Below are positions 49,545 through 63,120 of a DNA stretch of 64,000 nt, one piece after another; position 1 is the stretch's first letter; every line of letters begins with the position of its first letter. The notes beneath the pieces were generated by a model, which ran no database searches, had not been told where the DNA came from, and was given only the letters and a program-made list of their open reading frames with translations. A program made the translations under genes and the position numbers. The stretch is from positions 18,972,001 to 19,036,000 of the forward strand of contig CP158635.1 of the NCBI GenBank assembly GCA_050273025.1. Reading direction: 5' to 3'. This DNA comes from Cenococcum geophilum. Lineage: Eukaryota.

Positions 49545-50430
49545 CAGCTTGGGGGGGTCACGGAAAAACTCGGCGGGGTCACAAAGTTCAACGGGGTCAC
49601 AACCTTTCTGACCCCGCTCAACTTCTGACCCCGCTGAGCTTTATGCATATGCAGTGCATATACAGACCAATTTTTTTATTTTATAGAATTTAAAGTATTT
49701 TATATATATAAAATAAGTTATATGCGAGGCATATGCGGGGTATATGCAGGGCATATACTAAATTAAAATAAATAACCCAAGTTGTTAAAATATGCCTGTA
49801 TACGCGTTGTATGGTCTCAGCATATGCAGAGTATATGCTCTGTATATACTCTACTGATTTTATATTTATTTTAAAGAGATTTTACTCCTTTATATACTAC
49901 CTTTTAAAGTATTACATTTATATTTTATATAAGGTAGGCTATGCTATAGTATTTACTTAGTATATATAATATAAAAAAAATTATATAATGCTTAAGGTAT
50001 ATATACTTATTATATACTTTCTATTAACTATAGCAGTAAATAAGTAAGCTAGGTTATTATAGTATAGACTATGCGTATGTATTACATATGCTAAGCATAT
50101 ACAAAGTCTATACATACACTAAATTTACATAAGGTAGGGTGCGCTATATTATCCCTGCATATGCTGAGCATATACTCAGCATATGCACCCACCAATAAAC
50201 CATTTAACGCATATATCTTGTAGTTGTATATATGCATATACTTAGCATATGCACCGCATATTTAATGCATACGGTCGCTAAAGGCAAATTGTGGCTACCG
50301 ATGCGCGTTCTGTATGGGTAAAAGTGTGACCCCGCCGACCTTTTTCCGGTGCTCCATCGGTGACCCCGTTCAACTTTCGCCGACCCCCATCGGTGACCCC
50401 TTTCAACTTTTCCGTGACCCCCCCGAGCTG
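49545..50430. mobile_element. Non-autonomous Tc1/mariner-like TIR element (~886 bp)
   Basis: 23-bp TIR CAGCT(T/C)GGGGGGGTCACGGAAAA. Subterminal GGGGTCAC/TGACCCC repeats and many internal GCATATGC motifs. Left flank TA, right flank CA (imperfect TSD). Confidence 0.75.
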
Positions 50431-52204
50431 CACCCCGGGCGTCCCACCAGGAACCCCCCCTTCAAAACGGTAGGTCCAGGTGGAATTCGCCTAGGTGGGT
50501 AGCCCAGGTGGCTCGAATTGCTGATTAAACATGCTGCTATACTAGATTCGGGAGCGCAATCGCGGCTGGTGCGAACGCCTCCACCTGGCCAGATGAAACC
50601 TCCTTTTCAGCTGCCAAGACGTCTAATCTGCCCAAAATCCACCTAGGATGTCGAACAGACCGTATCCACCAGGTGGATATCGATATCGGTGGCCCGTTCG
50701 CGGCCAAGTGGCTCCAGGTGGCCCCAGGTGGCTTTTTTAGAGAGCCCACCTGGTGGAGTTGACCTGGCCAAAAAAAGTTATCGCACATGGCCTAATAAGC
50801 CCGCTTGGACGCCGGACGGTTACTTTTCCGGTTTGAAGGTTCACTTCCAAGACGAAGCACATTGAATTTGGGTTAGTTAGTGGCTTAATCGAAAGCGCTA
50901 ACCACCGCATTTGACGAGAGGGTGTTCTTTTGGCCGATCTGACACGTTGTTATAACGCGGCTTAAGCACACTTTGAGAATTGCGGACTAAGGCTAATTGA
51001 CCTGGGACCATGTGTAAGTTTGAGACGCGAGGGACAAAAGCGGGAAAGTGCAAAGCAATCTCTCCGCAGGTCGTTCCGTACGAATCACGTTGCTTGAAAA
51101 GAGAGTTTGCTCGCAAGCACGTTTGCGGACAACAACGCGCATGAGTTCAGCAGAGGGAATTCTGGTGGCATGACCCGGCTTTACCGAAGTTTGGAGACTG
51201 TCCCTCGCGTTTAACAGGTGCCCGCTCAAGCCAAAGGTTACGAAGGTCCAGAACATATCACGGCTGAAAATATGAGGTTCCAGATCTCACCTTTGAGCAC
51301 TTTTGCCAAGCCATCCTCCAATCAGCGATGGCTTGGCGTTCCGCCCGCCAAGAAAAGGCCAGGCCGTTCTTATTATCTACCGCGCTTGATTTTCTCAGCT
51401 TCCGCCGCAACTTCTCCGAAAACGCGCGCCATTACATCCCCTGGATTGGTTAGGAAAACGTCTCGAATTGCAGCAACATATTAAGATTCAGCTGATTGCA
51501 AAAACGCCATTCACATCCTCATTGAATTACCAGTTGACTGTACACTTCGACAGCAGCCGGACGCGAAATGCCAACCACTCCTTGACTATCCCCCACCGCC
51601 CAGGTCTTAGCGTGGATTATTTCCATCAACCCACCTAACAATTATCCACTGCGGTCGACGATAGCCTCAGCACCATGTCTGGCAACCGGGAGGGCCCATT
51701 GGTCACTCGCGCGGGTAGGAAACGCCAAGGGCCTTGCACAAGCTCCAGAGTTCTTTGTCTTCACAGGTGCCTACCACCAGCACCCAGCTCGACGCTCTCA
51801 GCCATGAATCAGGCAGACGAACGAGGCACTTAAGTTCTCACCCCGCAGGCTTCAATCGCCGCTACAAAGTTCAATGGCTGCTGTCATCTGACTACTAGAT
51901 CCCGGTTCTGTGGCGAGCCTCTCGCCAGCGTGAAGCGCCTACACATCATAAAATCAAGATATAAGACTTCATGACTGTCAGCTCGGAACTTCAGCAGCAT
52001 TCAGATCTTCTGTTACGTTCATGCTTAACACCTGAAGTGCACCTTACACCTGATCAAGGCTCCGACCTAAAACATCCCTTAGTCTGACAGATTCACCTTA
52101 AATTTGAAGCTTGAGACAGATATCTCTTTTTACAATCCGCCATACGTTATATCATCAACGAGTGTAGCTCAGCGGCCATCATCATTCGCGTCTAAGCCTT
52201 CTAC

Positions 52205-55147
52205 ATGTCGCTCATCACTATCAACGGCAACTCTTTCGATCCCGAAGCACCCGCTGTACGCAGCTTCGGCCTCAATAAAGAAGATGCCGCAGACACTGAC
52301 TACATCCTCATCCAAACGGCCGGCGAGCCTTTAAAGAAAGCGCAGAAGATTAAGCTCGACGAGAAGGGTGTCAAGATCCTGGAGTATTTCGGTAATGATA
52401 CCTACTTGTGCAGCTATAAGGACAAGTCCGACTTTAATACACTCCGCGAGCTGCCTTATGTCAAGTACGCCAACGTCTATCTGCAAGAGTTTGTCGTCCA
52501 GCCAAGCCTTAAGACCGCGCTAGACCCTTCGGCAAGTGCTATCGGCTTAGCCGCAATACAGAAGACGCGTATTGCTAAAGACGTGGATATTGTCCTCCAT
52601 AACGATGTTGAAGCCTCTCAAGACATCATCAAGACAATTGCCGGGGCAGCCCACGTAGACGCCGACGAGCTGGCCATCACCCCCGGCAAGAAGCTTCGGC
52701 TAGCTGTGCAAGAGCAATACCTCGACGACCTAGCCGCTATCGACGCAGTAAAGTACGTTCAAGAAGTGCATCCGGTAAAGCTTCACAATAATGTTGCGCG
52801 CAAAATCCTGAACGCCGATGTTGACATCAACAATACGCCGTATAAAGGTAAAGGGCAGATCGTTTGTGTTGCTGATACGGGCTTTGACACTGGGAACGAC
52901 TCCAAGAGCGGCATAGGACATCATAAGGCGTTTGGCGATCGTGTCCAGGAGCTTTGGGCCCTCGGCCGTCCTGGTGAGCATCAATATGAGCACGGTTCCC
53001 GAGAGTCACTGTACTGATTAGACTCATTTTATAGGCAAAAAGGATGATCCTGATGGCCACGGTATGTCTTATTTCGATTATCGCACAGCTACTCTACGGC
53101 AGCCTTCTCTTCTCCGTTACCCTAACCCAACTATCTTCGAATTCCACCCGTGGTTTCAATCTTCAACCATGGGCTTCTACCCCTCGAGAAAAAATGCACT
53201 TCTACTAGAATGCTGCTCGCTGATACCTACTAGGCACCCATGTTTGCGGCTCCGTCCTCGGCGACGGCGACCATTCCTCCGAAGGCCACATCGAAGCTCC
53301 CGCCAGCGAAGCCACGCTCGTCATGCAGAGCCTGTTGGACTCCTCCGGTGGGCTCCGCGGTATCCCGGATGACCTGAATGAGCTTTTTCAACAGGCTTAT
53401 GATGCTGGCGCTAGAATCCACACGAACAGCTGGGGAAGCACGTCTAGATTTGGTATGCGATTACTTCATCAGACTCCTTGAGTGCCCCATGTTTGGTTAA
53501 ACTTGGCGGCAGCGCCACTGTGGCCTTTGTAATGCGCAAGCATCATTCAATGGAGCTGTGGGACAAGCTCTCACGCTTCCGGAGACTCACGATTTCTTCG
53601 CTCTCATTCGATACACGCAACCGCTTGCCCACCGCTGACTTCATTTAGGAACTCAGCTGCCTTACGACAGTACTTCCACCAACATCGACGACTTCGTCAA
53701 CAAACACCCTTCAATGGTGATCCTGTTTGCTGCCGGCAATGATGGTCAGCTTCTCCGGCCACGATTAACGCATTCCCTTCTTCGCTAACGAGATAATCTC
53801 CAGGCGCCGACAAGGACAAGAACGGGAAAATCGACGCCGCAATTATCGGGTCTCAGGCTGCCGCTAAGAACTGCATCACTGTCGGCGCGACGGAGAGTCT
53901 TCGACCAGATATCAAGTGGAAGAACCCGGGCGCAGCGAGCTTTACGTGGGGAGCGTATTGGTAAGTTCTGTATAATCCAACAGACGCTCGGTGCTATCTC
54001 GCACTGCCAGCTTGGGGCATTCGGGCACTCCCTTTCCCGGCCGGAGCTTTACGCTGATGCTGATGTCTGGGACCAGGCCTCGAAGTTTCCCGAAACTACC
54101 TTTCTTCAACGACCATATGGCTAACAATCCAGATGGCATGGCTGCGTTCTCAAGCCTGGGGCCCACGACGAACAGGAGACTTAAGCCGGACATTGTTGCA
54201 CCGGGGAGCTCGATTCTGTCAACATTGTCCAGCAAGGTCCAGAGTGTGAGTCCTAAATTTCCTTAACTCTGTCACCAGCTTACATGTCTCTACTTGCTTG
54301 CCGCGTGCGGATTCAGGCATCTAGAGTGTAAAATGGTCTCGATCTGCGTGTTACCCAGGTCATGTCACTGCATAGAATACCAGATGCAGTAGAGGTGTAA
54401 CACTTACAGCATCACCCGAACAAATCCTTCTCAGCATCCACTGACTAAACCAAACAGGTCCTCAAAGTCTTTGGCATCTCTGATGACCCCGGATGGTGGT
54501 ACTGCAGCGGCACTAGCATGGCCACCCCTCTCGTCGCCGGCTGCTGCGCCGTCCTCCGCGAAACCCTCATCAAGAACAACGGCATCGCCGAGCCGAGCGC
54601 CGCGCTCATCAAGGCTGTGCTGCTCAACGGCGCCGTGGACGTCTTGGGCCAGCACCACCCTAGCGAGGCCGGACAAGGACCGAACAGCATCTGTGGCTTC
54701 GGGCGCGTGAACGTCAAAAATTCTGTCATTCCGAAGGACAGCAAGCTCGCTGGATGCGGAGATAGCGAGAAGCCGCTAGACGACGACGACGAGTTCACGT
54801 TTACTATTGACATCCCTGAGAAGGTCGACAATAAGGAAAGAGGCTCTGCGGACGAGAAAACGACCATGGCGCCGGCTGGGGCAGCGGCACGCACGCTGAA
54901 GGTCACGCTCGCGTGGTCCGACCCGCCGGGCGAGGAGCTCCAGAACGATTTGGACCTTATTGTTAAGGCGTCTGATGGGACGGAGAGACATGGGAATATG
55001 GGGACGCGGCGCGGGTTTGATAGGCTGAATAATGTGGAGCAGGTTCTTTGGGATGGGATACCGCCGGGGGTTACGGAGGTGAAGATTAGGGCTCATCGGA
55101 TCACGGTGGAGAAGCAGAGGTTCGCTTGGGCCTGGAAGATTTATTAA
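52205..55147 (+). CDS. Subtilisin-like S8 serine peptidase, KP-43/oxidatively-stable-protease type, 708 aa, no obvious signal peptide
   Basis: Exons 52205-52973, 53035-53061, 53234-53452, 53649-53744, 53804-53960, 54077-54245, 54458-55147 (2127 nt, open frame; all GT-AG introns with CTRAY-type branch sites). Catalytic motifs VADTG, HGTHVCGS and GTSMATP; oxyanion AAGNDG; NSWG; C-terminal LKVTLAWSDPPG..LQNDLDL..NNVEQV domain. Confidence 0.95.
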
Positions 55148-55269
55148 GGGGTGTTTTGGGTTGTTTTTGTGTTGGTGTAGTTGGGGGGTTGGGTGGATAA
55201 TGTGGGTGAAAAGTAACATATTGTCTCACGCACTGGTTCAAGTCTTATAGTTAATTTCCCACCTTTACT

Positions 55270-55730
55270 AAGTTAATAAGTGCCTCCCTTTCGTCCTCCT
55301 GCCGTCGCCTCCCTTTCGTCCTCCTACGTCGTCGCTAGGGCGTCGCAGGCTATATAGCCCCTAAAGACACGTCACCAGACGCTAGCTACCGCAACCAACC
55401 ATTCCACTACAACGAGTCTACTACAGACAACCAGCCACCGCAACCATTCTACCACAACTAGTCTACCACAGACAACCAATCTACTACAGATGCACCGCAA
55501 GCTATCGCGCTGCAGACAGCTACTACACTATAGGCGCACGGCAGAGGTACCGCAGGTACGCCGCAGACGTACCGTAGACGCACCGCAGACGCAGACAACA
55601 ACCACTACCAACCACTACAATATACCACATAACCAATTCACCGCAGACGTACCGCAAGCTATCGCGCTACAGATAACTACCATAACCACCATAACTACTA
55701 TGGGTATACTGCAGATACGCCGCTAGGGTA
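55270..55730. repeat. Low-complexity degenerate direct repeats (GCCTCCCTTTCGTCCTCCT x2; CAACCA/ACCGCAGACG units), probably a TE relic
   Basis: Direct repeats are visible; RIP-like TA enrichment resumes here. Confidence 0.5.
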
Positions 55731-55902
55731 GCTATAGTAGTAGGGGGAAAGGGGCCGGCCTGTATTACTTTAGCACGTTAAATATAAGGTGTATAAGGGA
55801 ATTGGTATTTATACCCTATATAAGATAATGTAAGCTTTGCAGTGTGGGAATTAAACGAGCGACTTAATTGTAAATGTAGCTCTAAAGCGTCTATATATAC
55901 AC

Positions 55903-56127
55903 TGTAAGGGGACTTTGTAAACAGGGGGCTATAAGGACACAATCGTAGAACAGGATAGATTGGTAAGAGAGACGAATCCTTGAGGAGGTAAGGCCTCTGG
56001 GATCGTGGAGACTATATACTACGGGCACGTGCCTTCGGCACGTAACCGACAGACAGGGTGTCCGGGGGTTGTCCTAAGGGCAACCTAAGGTAACAGCAAT
56101 AATATCCCTTACATTACCCCCCCCCTT
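55903..56127 (-). mobile_element. 3' LTR (55903-56113) with adjacent polypurine tract of a truncated LTR retrotransposon
   Basis: TGTAAGGG..CCCTTACA ends, followed by TTA plus a C-run (G-run on the minus strand). No TSD and no second LTR. Confidence 0.75.
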
Positions 56128-56869
56128 CTTACGGTCGGCCCCTAATCGCCATTACCTTACGGTAGAGGGAGATTATAAGGGCTTATCCCAGAAGGGGTTT
56201 AAAGAGATATTAGTATGCCGTTATATATTATCTATCTATTTAACCCCTACTTTAAACTCCTAAAAACCTTAATAAGGAAAAAATATAACTAAAGAAAAGA
56301 TATAAGGATTACTAGGAGACCTATTAAAAGCCTATTAGAAGTATACTAGTAACTACCTAGGTTAACTTAAGGATTTTTATACAACTCTATTTCTAAGCCT
56401 TTATACTAGTCTATAATTAATTATAAGTATTATAGGCAATTTAGTATTCCTTAGTATAGTTTTATAAAACCTTTTAGTATAGGATTTAACGTATAGGGCC
56501 TTAGCTTACTTTTATCTTTAAGCTCGGACCCCCGGAACTTAGTTAACCCTACTCTACTAAATTGATTACTACCACTTTAGAAGCTAACCATACCTAACCA
56601 AATTAAAATAATTATTTACCCTTATGTGCTATTTAATATATCGGCCTTAGCCTTTCAATCTATCACCTTTAAAAGTCTCGATTTTAGCTCCTTTACCCCT
56701 ATTTTAGCCTTTTCCCCCTTTATATTCTCTATTACTTACTTGATTAAATCTATATTTATAAATTATATATTTAAATCTATAGCTACCTACCTATAAAATC
56801 TTAGGCTTTTAAGGTCCTTAATCTTTGATTATAAGTAATATATTTAAGTAATCTTATATATAGCCTTTA

Positions 56870-57293
56870 ACGTATTCTACTAGTCAGTGGGACACCCTAG
56901 TTAGTGGGACACCCCAAAAACCACTAAAAATCGGAAAAACTGCACCTTAATATCTTGACAACGGCTTAATAATAAATTCCGAAATTTTATAATTAGCCTT
57001 TTATACCTATATTAAGACTCTTAATAAAATTCTAGCGTAATAAGCCTAGCCGTTATTAAAATATTAGGTTTTGGCCCCTAATCTTAAGCTAAATTATAAT
57101 ATCTTTAGAGCTATTTAATAGAATACTTTTTAAATCTAATAAGAGGTTTAAAATAAGTATAAAAGGCTAATTATAAAATTTCGGAATTTATTATTAAGCC
57201 GTTATCAAGATATTAAGGTGCAGTTTTTCCGATTTTTGGTGGTTTTTGGGGTGTCCCACTGACTAGGGTGTCCCACTGACTGGTAGAACACGT
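56870..57293. mobile_element. Foldback MITE of Fot1/pogo type (424 bp)
   Basis: TA TSD (56868-69, 57294-95). ACGT termini. Roughly 150-bp inverted arms containing tandem AGTCAGTGGGACACCC units. Confidence 0.9.
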
Positions 57294-57511
57294 TATAGTA
57301 AGTTGCTTAAGTTATTGACTTACTTTTTATAAAAGTAGTTAAATCTTTTAATTAAGTATATACTTGTTGCAAAGGCTTTAAACTACTAAATATATATAAT
57401 AAGGCTTTTTTAGGGTATCTGTAATGTTAAGCTAATTACTATTAGCCTATTTAAGGCCTTAAGCCTTTATTAAAGCCTTATTTTTGGCCTATAAAAATAT
57501 AAAGCCCTTAT

Positions 57512-57813
57512 CCCATGCGCCGTCAAGGTGCTCCTTTTATTGTGGCCCGTGCGCGAACACCAAAACATTAACACGCGTCTCTCTATAGCTTCTTATCGTG
57601 ATTAAACCACCATAATGGGCTGTAAATGTTCTTCCAATAATGTAGACCTTGTTTAACCTAGAGTCGAATTATATATTAAATTTAAGCTTTATTACTATAA
57701 TATTGGGTTATAATTAATTAATTAAATCTAAACTTTATTTTGCCAAGACTTAATTAAATCTAGAGCCTCTAGTTGGCTTAGGAAAAGGAGCACCTTTCGT
57801 GATGGCGCATGGG
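57512..57813. mobile_element. MITE (302 bp), CCC..GGG termini
   Basis: TIR CCCATGCGCC(G/A)TCA[CGAA]AGGTGCTCCTTTT, flanked by TAT and ATA. Confidence 0.85.
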
Positions 57814-57893
57814 ATATAGATTTTACAATTATTTAAATTTAAATATTTTTGCTATTAGACTTTCTTCTTAGGCCTTATATTAATATTTAAAAA

Positions 57894-60800
57894 TAAAGGA
57901 GCCGCTACAGCAGCAGAACACGCCCACCACTTACCCAATAAAGAAATACCCACTCCCAATCAAATCTACGGCATAATATGCCCTAGAGCGAATGTACGCA
58001 TCACAGCTGGAAAGCCTGTGCGACCCAGGAGGGTCGCAGCAGACTCAAAGGTGGGTCGACACAGAAAAACGCGACACCACAATAAACCCACCAGGGGGCG
58101 ACCCAACCACAACAGCCAAAGGACAACGACCAGAAATGGCAAAAACTTATAGATATCCTAAAAGACATTGAGGAAGATCTAGGGAAGGGAGAAGATAAAT
58201 ACCCACGCATAGGGGTAGCGCGTGCGGCTTAATAGGCAGGACAAATCGTATAGGAGCTATGGACAAGGCACAATAGGAACCAGAACGCCATAGAGGATAG
58301 GCTTAGCCGCATTAAGGATGCTATAAAATCATAGGGTATACCAACAACGCACACAACAAAGCCCTTATAGGCCAACGTTGCCACCAGCGCCTAACCGGCG
58401 CCTCTCCAGCGCCTCCCTAGTATAGCACCGGTAAGGTCCACACTTAGAATCCAAATACTAGAGGCAATAGGAGCAAAGCCAAAACAGCTCCTTACATTAA
58501 TTAGAGCACATATACTAAAGGCAGTGGCAGTAAAGGTCCTGTATAGCGGCAACATAGAGGTTATACTCCCTAACTAATAGGCAAAGGACTAGGCCATTAC
58601 CTAGGGAGACACCCCTAAGTACAAGATCCTCCGCTAGGACTTCCCGGTGGAAGTAATTAGAGTACCCCTTAATATATAAGTAGAAAGCGGGTAAGGCGCT
58701 ATAAACTTATAACTTATCTAAAAGATTACAGAGGCCACTAGAAGACTAGTCCTAGGTATTATAATATCTAGAGTCGCATAGCGCTATAGAGTGCGCACTA
58801 TATATATAGGGGTATTACCAAGGTTCTAAAAAGTTAAAACACGTAGTACCCTAATAATTAACCTACCAACTTAGGAGATGTAGGCGGCAGTAGTATGCAA
58901 AGGAATAGTTATAGATAGCCTTTAGTACGAAGCCCGGCTATACTATAGCGCAGTCCAAATCCGCTAATACTTTAGATGCTAATAGTAGGGCTACACCTAG
59001 AGCGCATGCGGGAGATAGGAGAGGTATAGATGGTGCGCCAATACACACGAGATAAAGGACTGCCCTAGGAACAAGGGAGTTAGATACGTAAACTACGGTA
59101 AAGAACATAAAGTATAGCAGAAGACGGCATATAAGACCTTCTAGGTGTACTTAGAATCTACTAAGATAAGACAAACCCAACTATACTAGGTTATAGCCAC
59201 GCTACGGGGAAACGCATATAAGGAGAAGGAGCTAAGCATAATAGGCAACGGCGGCTAAATAGTCGCATAAAGAAAGAGATCTAGGGTACCCACCCCAATA
59301 GGGGCACCCTCTGCCCAACCAGCGGCAAAGCAGAGCGTGGGACGCCCGTAAGGCAGCACCAACGCCGCCAGAAACCCATCCTAGCAAAGAATCCTAATCG
59401 CAACACCCTTAACCAAGACACCCTAGAGGCGAACGGAAGACACCTATAAGCCACTAAACTAACCAACACTATAAATAGACTAATAATAGTATAATATAAC
59501 TGCGGATACTTAAACTATAGAGCAACTCGTCCCCTATTTAATAGCCTAAACCCAGAAAAGTATTAGATAATCGCCCTATAGAAACTAGTATATAATAAGT
59601 AGATACGCAAAATATACTAACTAAAAGGATACTACCTCCTATATAAACCAAACCCGGCTACTTATATATGCTTCCTAGTTAGCTAATATATTAATATATA
59701 GGCATAGAGCTACCACAATATCAGCTATAATATTAATAAATTATAACTAGCTACTAATAGGGGCTAAATTAGTATAATTAACATGTATAACCTAAGTAAC
59801 AATAAGCCCCAAATCGCTATATAGGAACTACTTCAATAGGCTATTAACACAATAGAAGGCGAGGTAATAGTCCTAGGGGACTTTAACACACACTATATAT
59901 CATAGGGCGGGCAGCAGGCTACAACTAAAGCATAGGTAGCCCACCTACTAAACGAGCTAGAAACGCGGGGCCTTACCCTAACCACCCTAACCGGCGAACC
60001 TACCTGGAAAAGAGGAACCTAAGAAAGCACAATTAACCTTACATTTATATAAGAATCACTCGTAAACCGACTAAAGTTCTGCGGACTAGAAGACATATAG
60101 GTAATTACCGCAGACTATATACCTATATAGATAGCGCTTAACGTTACCGCACTAGTATAACAAACCTACTAGAGATACGCCACTAAGAAACTTAACTAGG
60201 AAAAATATACCCAGGAAATCACTAATAGGCTAGCAGTAATACCTTAAGCATCGCTAGAAGATATCTAGAGGACTATAGGCAACTGCCTAGAAGAATACTA
60301 CCTAAAAGCCAAACCTAGCAAACACGCCCACCGCGAATAGTTGCTAGAGGTAGCCCAGCTACTTACAGGCGCAAGGAGGGTAAGGCGACAGTATACTATA
60401 ATAGGCGAAGCCCACTACTAATAAAGCTTTAAGGCCCTAAAAAATAGGCTTAAGAAGATAATACAGAAAGAGGGCAGAAATAACTGGCGCCGATTTTTAG
60501 AAGAAATTACTATAAACTCTACCAAACTATATAATAAAGGACTTTGGCGCATATTAAAGTGGAGTAGGCGAGCCGCTAAAGAGACGCTAGGGGACCCCTA
60601 CCTACCCACACTCCGCTAGTTAGGCTAGGACTAGTATACGAATAATAATAAGGAAAAAATTAAAATACTAGTAGAAAGGTTCTTCCTAGGAGCGGGTCAA
60701 GCAAACCTTAAGGATATTAGTAGCCAACTACCCCCCCCCCTCCTATAGAAATAAGCTATATAATATTAGCAAAAGAAATAAAGGACGCTATATAAAAGCT

Positions 60801-63120
60801 CTTTACCGGTAAAGCGCTAGGGCTAGATAAGATCCTAAATAAGGTAATTAAAGCTGCGGCAGAAGTGATAGCAATACTACTTACTAAGGCCGCAACCGCC
60901 TGTCTCTAGAGAGGCGAACTACCCAAATGCTTTAAAGTAATAACCACAGTTATCTTATAAAAGGCGAAGAAAAAAGACTACTCCCTCCTAGGAAGCTACC
61001 GCCCAATTACCCTAAAAAACACCCTAGGAAAGCTTTTAGAAAAGATAGTTACGGAACGTATATAAGAAGCGGCAGAAGCATAGGAGCTACTACCATAGAT
61101 ATAAATAGGCGTAAGAAAGAAATAATTAACCCTTTTAGCCCTCTCCCTAATTACCTCTAGCGTCTAAGCGGCATAGTAAGCGCACCTAGGATGCACCGTA
61201 TCTATACTAAGCCTAGACCTAAGCGGAGCCTTTAATAACATATTATATAAGAGACTCCTATAAATCCTAAGAAATAAGGGCCTACTAAACTAGATAATTA
61301 AGTTTATCTAAGCCTTCCTAACAGGACGCACTATAAAAATTATAATTAAGGGATACAAAAGCAAGTTAATACCAACACCTATAGGTATTCTATAGGGATC
61401 ACCCCTCTTACTAATCCTATTCCTCTTCTTTATATCCAAACTACTAGAGATATTTAATAATAGCCAGGATATAATAGCCCTAGGATTTATTAATAATATA
61501 AACCTAATCTTATAGGGAAATATAGCAGTAGAAAACTATACTAGGCTAAACCAGGCGCACAACAGGTGTATTATATAGGCAAAATAATATAGTGCCAAAT
61601 TTGCACCAGATAAATACTAGCTTATCCACTTTATAAGGAAAAGAAGGGTAGGTAACGACCTAGCCTTAATAGTAAATATCTAGGGCTGCGAAGCAAAACC
61701 AGAAGCTACCCTTAAGATCCTAGGGGTCTAGGTAGACTCTAAACTAAACTAGAACGAGTATATCACATAGGCGACCCATAGGGGAGCAGCTGCACTCTTG
61801 GCAGCATTATAGATTACTACCTTAATATAGGGTCCCTCTTTTAGACTTACACATCTACTATACATAGCAGTTATAAGGCTAACAATGCTATACGGCTCCT
61901 AGGTATGGGGCCTAGGATTAGGCGGCAAGGTGCTAGCAAAAAGCTCCCTAGCGCTACTAGCTAAGCTTTAAAACTAATGCCTACGTAGAACTACAGGAGC
62001 CTATAAGAGAACACCGCGCGCCGCACTAGAACGCGAAGCGGCTGTTCTACTACTAGATATATACATTAATATAACTGCTATATAGAGAGTAGTTACAGTA
62101 TAAGGCCACCTAGTAGAAGAAAAAATACGCCATACGCTAAAATGTATACGAGGAACGAGACTTATATAAGGAGTAAGGGCCCCTTAAAGGAGAGCCGCGC
62201 CTAAGCATACTAGCTAGGAAGCTCTCTACCTACGAGCGGTAGAGAGAGAAAAGGAAATACGGGAACTACTAGCCTACTAGGCTGAGACCTAGCGCCATAC
62301 CGGTAGAGCGCCATAACGGCGATAGAGGATAGGAGGCTACTAGCATAGATAGAGATCTACCACGCTAATCGTAAGATAGGCAGATCTTAAATAGAAACAA
62401 TAATAGAAGGAGGTAGCGAAAACACAAGATATAGCCACATGGAATACCCCATAGTTAATATTAACTCTCCCCCTATATAAAGGACTAACAAAGGCAGAAT
62501 CTACAGCCGCCTTCCTACTACAGATAGAGGTCCTAGGCCTAAATATATGGCTCATAAGCATCTATATTCTAAATACTATACCTTAATACACATGCGGATG
62601 GCCCGCTTAGTTAGTACGCTATATACTGCTATTCTGCAGTTACCGCTTAGTAAGGGACTAGCTACTCGCTAGCGTAAGCATAAATAATATTACCTAGATA
62701 CTCTTTATAAGTAGGGGCCTATATATAGCAGCAAAATAGCTTATAGGATAAGGAATCCTCTAGTAGTTCTAAACAGCACATAAGATCCAATAGGAGGATA
62801 CTATAGGATATACCCCTTTCCAGCCCCTTAAGGACTGGTTACCCCCCGCCTAGCCACAGGCGGCACACTAGCAAATCGCCAGACCCTCCCTCTACTCCCT
62901 CCCCCTAGATCTTCTAACATACCTAGGAAGTATGGTACGTAAGGCAGACTAAAAGACACAAGGATATACTAGCTAGGCGAAGGCGGAGCGCGTAAGACTA
63001 GCTAAGAGGAAATACCTAGGTTTTTTCCCCCTATGGGGACTTTTTTCCTATATAGATAGGTAGTAGCCTACATAGACCTAAAAAGGGACCGAATTGGGCA
63101 ATAAATAGAACAAATAATAA
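57894..63120 (+). mobile_element. Tad1-like LINE, second family (RIP-degenerate), probably slightly 5'-truncated
   Basis: TSD TAATATTTAAAAA (57881-57893, 63121-63133). ORF1 relic with three CCHC-like knuckles (~58965-59135). ORF2 relic (~59470-62840) with APE, RT and C-terminal CGW...H..LFC. (TAA)n tail. Confidence 0.9.

Noticed and set aside
50314..51484. Short ORFs upstream of the protease
   Set aside because: No domain, no coding bias evident, mutually overlapping; they lie in TIR repeats or promoter sequence.
52104..55219. Overlapping alternative-frame and antisense ORFs across the protease locus
   Set aside because: Shadows of the GC-rich spliced CDS or read-through into introns.
49500..57900. 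Starship or other cargo element carrying the protease
   Set aside because: No tyrosine-recombinase captain and no matching termini or TSD bracketing the gene are visible in this window.
57894..58000. Possible ribozyme at the 5' end of the second LINE
   Set aside because: No P1/P2/P3 pairing or L3 UYCNCG motif found by eye; the copy is probably 5'-truncated.
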